Shown here piece after piece: positions 59,028 to 64,000 of a DNA stretch of 64,000 nucleotides (positions are counted from its first letter, which is position 1; each line of letters starts with the position of its first letter). Position numbers and translations under genes: made by a program. This DNA is from Pelagomonas calceolata. Lineage: Eukaryota. The notes beneath the pieces were generated by a model. That model was not told the origin of the DNA. It made no database searches and saw only the letters and a list, made by a program, of their open reading frames with translations. The DNA is taken from NCBI GenBank assembly GCA_918797485.1, contig CAKKNE010000001.1, positions 2,542,001 through 2,606,000 of the forward strand, written 5' to 3'.

Positions 59028-61580
59028 CTACGCGGCCGCCGCCGGTTCACGCGGCGCAAAGTCCGCGGCGATGCGCCCGTCGCGGTCCGCGCGCCGCGCG
59101 TCCGCGCCGTTCGCGAGCAGCAGCTGCACGCACCGCTCGTGGGCGGCGCGCGCGGCGTCGATGGTCGCCAGGTTCGCGTCGTCGGGCGCGCCGGCCGCGG
59201 CCGGCACGCTCGCGAGGTACTTGGCGCGCAGCGCGGCGACCTGGGCCCGGCCGTTCTGCGCGAACATGAGCGCCGTGTGGCCGTCGACGTTGGCCGCGTC
59301 CGGGGCCGCGCCGTTCTCCAGGAGCAGCGCGACGACGTCGGCGTGGCCGCGGACGGCCGCCGCGGCGAGGGCCGGCGTGCCGTCCGCGTCGGCCGCGTCG
59401 GGTGACGCGTCGGCGTGTCCCAGGAGGAGCGCCAGCGCGTCGGCGCGGCCCTCGGCGGCCGCTGCGAAGACCGCGTCCGCGCCGTCGGCGCCCGCGCGGC
59501 GGGGGTCCGCGCCGGCAGCGAGGAGCGCCCGCACCACGCCCGCGGCGCCGCGTGCTGCCGCCGCGCGGAGCGCGCCGCCGCCGTCCGCGGCCGCGCCCGC
59601 CGCCACCAGCGCCTCCGCGAACGCGTCGTCCCCCCGCGCCACGGCCGCCTCGAGCAGGTTCCGGGGGGCGCCGTCGCCGTCGACCCAGCCCCCGTCGTCG
59701 GGGTCGCCCCCGCCCTCCACGATGAGCCGCGCGACGGCCCAGTGCCCGCCCGCGGCCGCGTTCGCGAGCGCCGACATGCCCTCCTCGTCGCGCAGGCGCG
59801 CGTCCGCCCCGGCCGCCAGGAGCAGCTCCGCGCACGCGAGGTGGCCGCCCTGCGCCGCCACCTGCAGCGCGGTGACGCCGTCCTTGTGGGGCTCGACGTC
59901 GGGCTCGCCCTCCGCGAGCCGGCGCGCCGTCTCCGCGACGTGCCCGGGCGCACCGACGACGACCGCGTCGGCGGCGCCCCCCGCCGCCAGGCACAGCTCC
60001 AGCGCCCCCGCGTGGCCGCCGGCCGCCGCGAACATGAGCGCGGTGCCGCCCGACGCCGCGGCGCGGTCGCAGCCCGCCGCGCCGCCGCCCGCCGCGGCCA
60101 GGAGGAACCGCGTGGCGGCCGCGTGGCCCTGCGACGCCGCCGCCATGAGCGCCGTGACGCCGTCGCCGTCGACGTGGTCCGCGGCCGCGCCCGCCGCCGC
60201 CAGCGCCTCGAGGCAGGCGACCGACCCCGCCGTCGCCGCCTCCATGAGGGCCGTGCCCCCGTGGAGGTGGGTGCGGCGCACGTCCGCGCCCGCCGCCAGC
60301 AGCCGCCGGACGCAGCCCGCGTGGCCGCCGGCCGCCGCGTACATGAGCGCGTCGACGCCCTCGGCGTGCGCCGCGTGCACGTCGGCGCCGGCCGCGACGA
60401 GCATATCCAGGGCGGCCTCGTGGCCACCCGCCGCCGCGACGATGAGCGGCGTGAAGCCCGTGAGCGACGCCGCGTCGACCGCCGCGCCCGCGCGCAGCAG
60501 CCGGGCCACCGTCGCCCCGTCGCCGTGCTCGGCCGCGCTCAGCAGCGCCGTGAGGCCGTCGCGGTCCGCCGCGTCGACGGCCGCGCCCGCGGCCAGCAGC
60601 ATCTCGACGACCGCCGCGTGGCCGCCGGCCGCCGCCGCCGCCAGCGCGCCGACGCCGTCCTCCCGCGGGAGGTTCGCGTCCGCGCCCGCCCGCAGCAGCA
60701 CCCGGACCGCCTCGGCGCGGCCCTCCGACGCGGCGAGCCAGAGCGCGCCGGCGCCCGACGCCGCCGCCGCGTCGACGGGGGCGCCCGCCGCCAGCAGCGC
60801 CTCCACCATGGCCGCCTCGCCGGCGAGCGCGGCCTCCATGGCCGGCGTCACGCCGTGCTCGTCGGCGGCGGCGACGGACGCGCCCCGCTCGAGCAGCGCG
60901 CGCGCGACCGCGGCGTGGCCGGCGGCGGCGGCGGCGCCGAGCGCAGTCCGCCCGTCCCAGTCGCGCGCGTCCACCGCGGCGCCCGCCGCCACCAGCGCCT
61001 CGACCTCGTCCACCGCGCCCGCCGCCGCCGCGGCCCCCAGCCGCGCGCCGTCGCCGCCCATGGCCGCCAGGTCCGCCGCCGACGCGAAGCGCAGGTCCAG
61101 CAGCGCGCACCGCTCCTCCCCGCCCGTCGCGTTGCGCGCAGCCGCCGCCGCCGCCCGGCCCTCGCGCACGACGCAGTGCTCGGGCGCGTCCGCCGCGGGC
61201 CCGCGCGTCGTGAGCACGTAGCCCGCCTCGGCGTCGCCCAGCACGTTCCAGCGCCGCGCGCCGCAGTGGCGGCACGCCGCGACGCGCAGCGCGCTGCGCG
61301 GCAGGTCGCAGCTCGCGCGGCCGAGGCAGCGGTCGTCGTCGCCGCCGGGCGCGCCGTCGGCCGGCCGCGCGTGGATCTCGTAGGCGCCGGGCGCGCCCGT
61401 GACGTACCACAGCGTGTCCAGCCCGCAGCGCCCGAAGGCGGCGCCCGCGAGGCAGAGGCCGTCGCCGCGCGCGTCCTGGAGGAGGAAGGCCGGCGGCTCG
61501 CCGCGCCGCGAGAGGCGCGCCGCGCGCCCGCATGCCAGCGCCGCGGCGCCGGCCAACGCGACGCGCCGGATCCTCCGCAT
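59028..61580 (-). CDS. Secreted ankyrin-repeat protein with N-terminal Cys-containing ricin-B-like domain
   Basis: Signal peptide; GLCLAG...RCGLDTLWYV, CRHCGARRWNV; more than 15 ankyrin repeats (e.g. GFTPLIVAAAGGHEAALDMLVAAGADV). Confidence 0.88.
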   Translation of the reverse strand: MRRIRRVALAGAAALACGRAARLSRRGEPPAFLLQDARGDGLCLAGAAFGRCGLDTLWYVTGAPGAYEIHARPADGAPGGDDDRCLGRASCDLPRSALRVAACRHCGARRWNVLGDAEAGYVLTTRGPAADAPEHCVVREGRAAAAAARNATGGEERCALLDLRFASAADLAAMGGDGARLGAAAAAGAVDEVEALVAAGAAVDARDWDGRTALGAAAAAGHAAVARALLERGASVAAADEHGVTPAMEAALAGEAAMVEALLAAGAPVDAAAASGAGALWLAASEGRAEAVRVLLRAGADANLPREDGVGALAAAAAGGHAAVVEMLLAAGAAVDAADRDGLTALLSAAEHGDGATVARLLRAGAAVDAASLTGFTPLIVAAAGGHEAALDMLVAAGADVHAAHAEGVDALMYAAAGGHAGCVRRLLAAGADVRRTHLHGGTALMEAATAGSVACLEALAAAGAAADHVDGDGVTALMAAASQGHAAATRFLLAAAGGGAAGCDRAAASGGTALMFAAAGGHAGALELCLAAGGAADAVVVGAPGHVAETARRLAEGEPDVEPHKDGVTALQVAAQGGHLACAELLLAAGADARLRDEEGMSALANAAAGGHWAVARLIVEGGGDPDDGGWVDGDGAPRNLLEAAVARGDDAFAEALVAAGAAADGGGALRAAAARGAAGVVRALLAAGADPRRAGADGADAVFAAAAEGRADALALLLGHADASPDAADADGTPALAAAAVRGHADVVALLLENGAAPDAANVDGHTALMFAQNGRAQVAALRAKYLASVPAAAGAPDDANLATIDAARAAHERCVQLLLANGADARRADRDGRIAADFAPREPAAAA

Positions 61581-61866
61581 CGCCGTCGAAGCCGCGATGC
61601 ACGGGATGCACTCGCTACCAAAACCTGGGACTTACCCGCACATAGTCTCAAATAGTATTCCCCCCCGGGGCCGGGGACGTAAATAGCTCTAGGCAGCCCC
61701 GCCCGCGCGGGCCCGACCCCGCCGAGCCCCGGGTGGATGGACTATAAAGTTGCATTCTCCGTGGGATGCACCAAGGGGAACTAAGGTACAATAATTGGTA
61801 GCTGGGCGGGCGGTGCTCCGACACCCGAATTGACTATAGTTATTCGCGGTCCCGACCCGTTTCGCG

Positions 61867-64000
61867 ATGTGCGTCCGGCCGCCTGCGGCGGGCGCGCGGG
61901 CATGGGGCCCCGTGTTCCTGGCGGTGGCCGTCCCGGCCGCCGCGCACTGGTGGGGGGCCGCGGCGCCGGCGCCGGCGGGGGCGGCGGACTGGACGGACTG
62001 CGTCGAAACGGCCCCGGCCGCGCTCGGGGCGGCGCGGCGGCGCGCCCTCTGCGCGCGGGGCGCGCCCGGCGCGGCGGCCTGCGCGCGCGCCGCCGTCGTC
62101 GTCGCGCCGGGGGCCGCGCGGCCGGGCGCCGATGCTGTCGTCGCGCTTTGCGCGGGCGCGGTCGACGCAGCCCCCGGCGCGTGCTTCGCCGCCGCGGCGC
62201 GGCGCGCGGCGCCGGCTGCCTCCGCCTGCAGCGCGGCGCGCGACGGCGCGCCCGCGGCGTGCCTCGGCGCCATTTTAGGCGCGCGGCGTCTCGCCACCCG
62301 CGACCGCGCCGCGGCGGCAGCGCTCTGCGCCGCGGCGCCGGGCGCGGTCGCCGCGTTAGCGCGCGCGCGCGTCGCCCGCGCGAACAGCAGACAGCCCGCG
62401 CGCGCCGCTCCCGCGCTTGGCGCGTCCGCGCTTGGCGCGTCCGCGCCCGCCGCGGTGCCTCCGCCGCCGCCCGCCGGGACCGCGGCGCTGGACGCCGCGT
62501 GCGTGGCGGCCGCCGCGCGTGCGCTCGGCCGGGACGCTGGTGCTGCCGTCGTCGTGATTTGCCGTGGCGCCGCTGCCGACGCGGGTGGCTGCGTCGCTCG
62601 CGCGCCGCGCGGGCTCGTGGCGGCCGATCGCGTCCGCCTCTGCGGCTCGCTCGCCGCCGAACGGGTCGGCGTCATTGAACGCGACAGCTTCCACGTTTTC
62701 CGCTTCTTCCTTCGCGGTGCGCAACTACGGAGAATGGCCACCGCACCCCCGACGCGCCGCAGGTCTTCGGCAGCCACGATTCACCCGCGGGCGGAACGAG
62801 CGGCGGCGCCGCGGAGGATCGCGCCGCGTGCGCCACCGCCGGAGTCCGCGGCGGTGCCACCGCCGCCGGCGCGGCGCAGCTCTGCGCGGCGGCCACCGGC
62901 GGCTCGCCGACCCATTGCGCCGCGACGGCGGCCGGCGGGCCGGCCGCGGCCGCAGCCGCCGCGCTCTGCGCCGCCGCGGCCCCCGCGGCGCCAGACGCGC
63001 CGGCCGTTTGCGCGCGCGCTATCGCGCGCGGTCTCGCGACGCGCGGTCGGCCGGCGTCGCCGCGCGATCTCGCCGCTCTCTGCGCCGGTGCCGGCACCGA
63101 CCTGTGGGGAACTCAAAGGCGCCTTCGATGTGGGTCGTTGTCCCGTTTGAGTGATTGTGGCTTTGCTCTCCATTGGTCGAGTGAGTCTCTACAGGGGAGC
63201 GAGCTCAGCCGGAAGCATGGCCGCGGTTCCAAGATAGCGAGACGCAAATAATTCCCAGGACAACCTGACTCGCTGGTCAATTTTCACGCAGGTGCCGAGT
63301 GGTTCGACGTCGCCGCGTGCGCCGTCGCCGCGCGTGCCGCCGGTGCACCGGCGACCGAGGCCGGCGCCGCGTGCGGCGGCGGAGGCGCGGCCGCCGCGCA
63401 AGCGTGCGGTGTGGCGGCGCGCGTCCGTGCGCCGCGCCTCGCCGCGCGCGCGCGAGCCGCGCTCTGCGCCGGCGCGCCCGCCGCGCGGCCTGAGGCGCCC
63501 GCCGTGTGCGCGGCGGAGCTCCTCGCCGCCGCCGCCGCCGCTGCCCGCGACGCCGTCACGGCATGCCGCGGCGCCACGTCGGTCGCGCCAGCGCGCTGTG
63601 CGCGTGGGTGCCTCGGCACGTCGCGCGCGGCGGCGGCCGCGTGCCGCGGCCGCCGCGGCCTCGAGGCTTGCCGGCGCGCGCCGCGGCGGGCTGCCGCGGC
63701 GCTGGCCATCGGCCGCGTCGAGCCCCCGGCGCCGACGGCCGGCGCGCCGTTCACGCTCACCGTCCGGGTCGTCGACGCGCGCGGGGCACCCGTCGGCGCG
63801 GAGGCCCCGGCCGCGGGACCGGTCGTTGCGATCGTCTCGGCGGCCGCCGTCGGTCCCGGTGGCCGCGGCGCGCCGCTGCTCGGCGCGCGCACCTCTGCCG
63901 CGCGGGGGGACGTCGCCACGTTCGCACCGCTCCGCGTCGATCGTCCCGGCACATACGTTCTGCGTGTCGCCGCCGCGGGCCTCGCGGCCGCGGCAGCCCG
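61867..64000 (+). CDS. Secreted Cys/Ala-rich repeat protein with C-terminal Ig-like domain; 3 exons, 3' partial
   Basis: Exon 1 is 61867-62664; intron 62665-62762 (GT-AG, phase 0); exon 2 is 62763 to 63087 or 63093; the next intron ends at 63291; exon 3 is open to the window end. Repeated LC.....(P)..C units and PFTLTVRVVDARG...ATFAPLRVDRPGTYVLRV. Confidence 0.7.
63093..63298 (+). mobile_element. Introner-like intron with degenerate TIRs and TSD
   Basis: GGCACCGA|CCTGTGGGGAA ... TTTTCACGCA|GGTGCCGA; about 200 nt; removal restores the frame. Confidence 0.6.

Overview
Very GC-rich, gene-dense, intron-poor eukaryotic nuclear DNA. It is most consistent with a pelagophyte alga (Aureococcus/Pelagomonas-like stramenopile). 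This is an inference from bipartite plastid-targeting presequences, pelagophyte-type introner-like introns and expanded pelagophyte gene families. There are about 40 protein genes. Recognisable ones are COX17, aspartate carbamoyltransferase, a PCGF/BMI1 RING, a SET protein, a P1B-2 Zn/Cd ATPase, TRM11, a kinase, PTOX, ClpS, VPS28, a PPR protein, SmD1, sterol C24-methyltransferase, a prolyl 4-hydroxylase, bL25, eS19, an RBM5-like factor, HUS1, GyrB and a hemerythrin-CHY/RING protein. Best candidate for an undescribed system: a metal-homeostasis locus at 13.8-19.5 kb. It has a putative transcription factor joining a Gal4-like Zn2Cys6 domain, an HMA domain and an exact Cuf1-type copper-sensing CxCx3CxCx2Cx2H motif. 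This gene lies two genes upstream of a P1B-2 ATPase fused to a cysteine-less thioredoxin domain. Other highlights: a bipartite CTAG motif (GCTAGC-N~10-ACACTAG) in about 13 promoter regions; a ~140-bp dispersed element always just downstream of a stop codon; an ATGA stop/start overlap after COX17; introner-like introns with shared geometry; and a VHL-like domain fused to a prolyl hydroxylase. No rRNA, tRNA or CRISPR array was recognised. All calls were made by eye, with no database searches.
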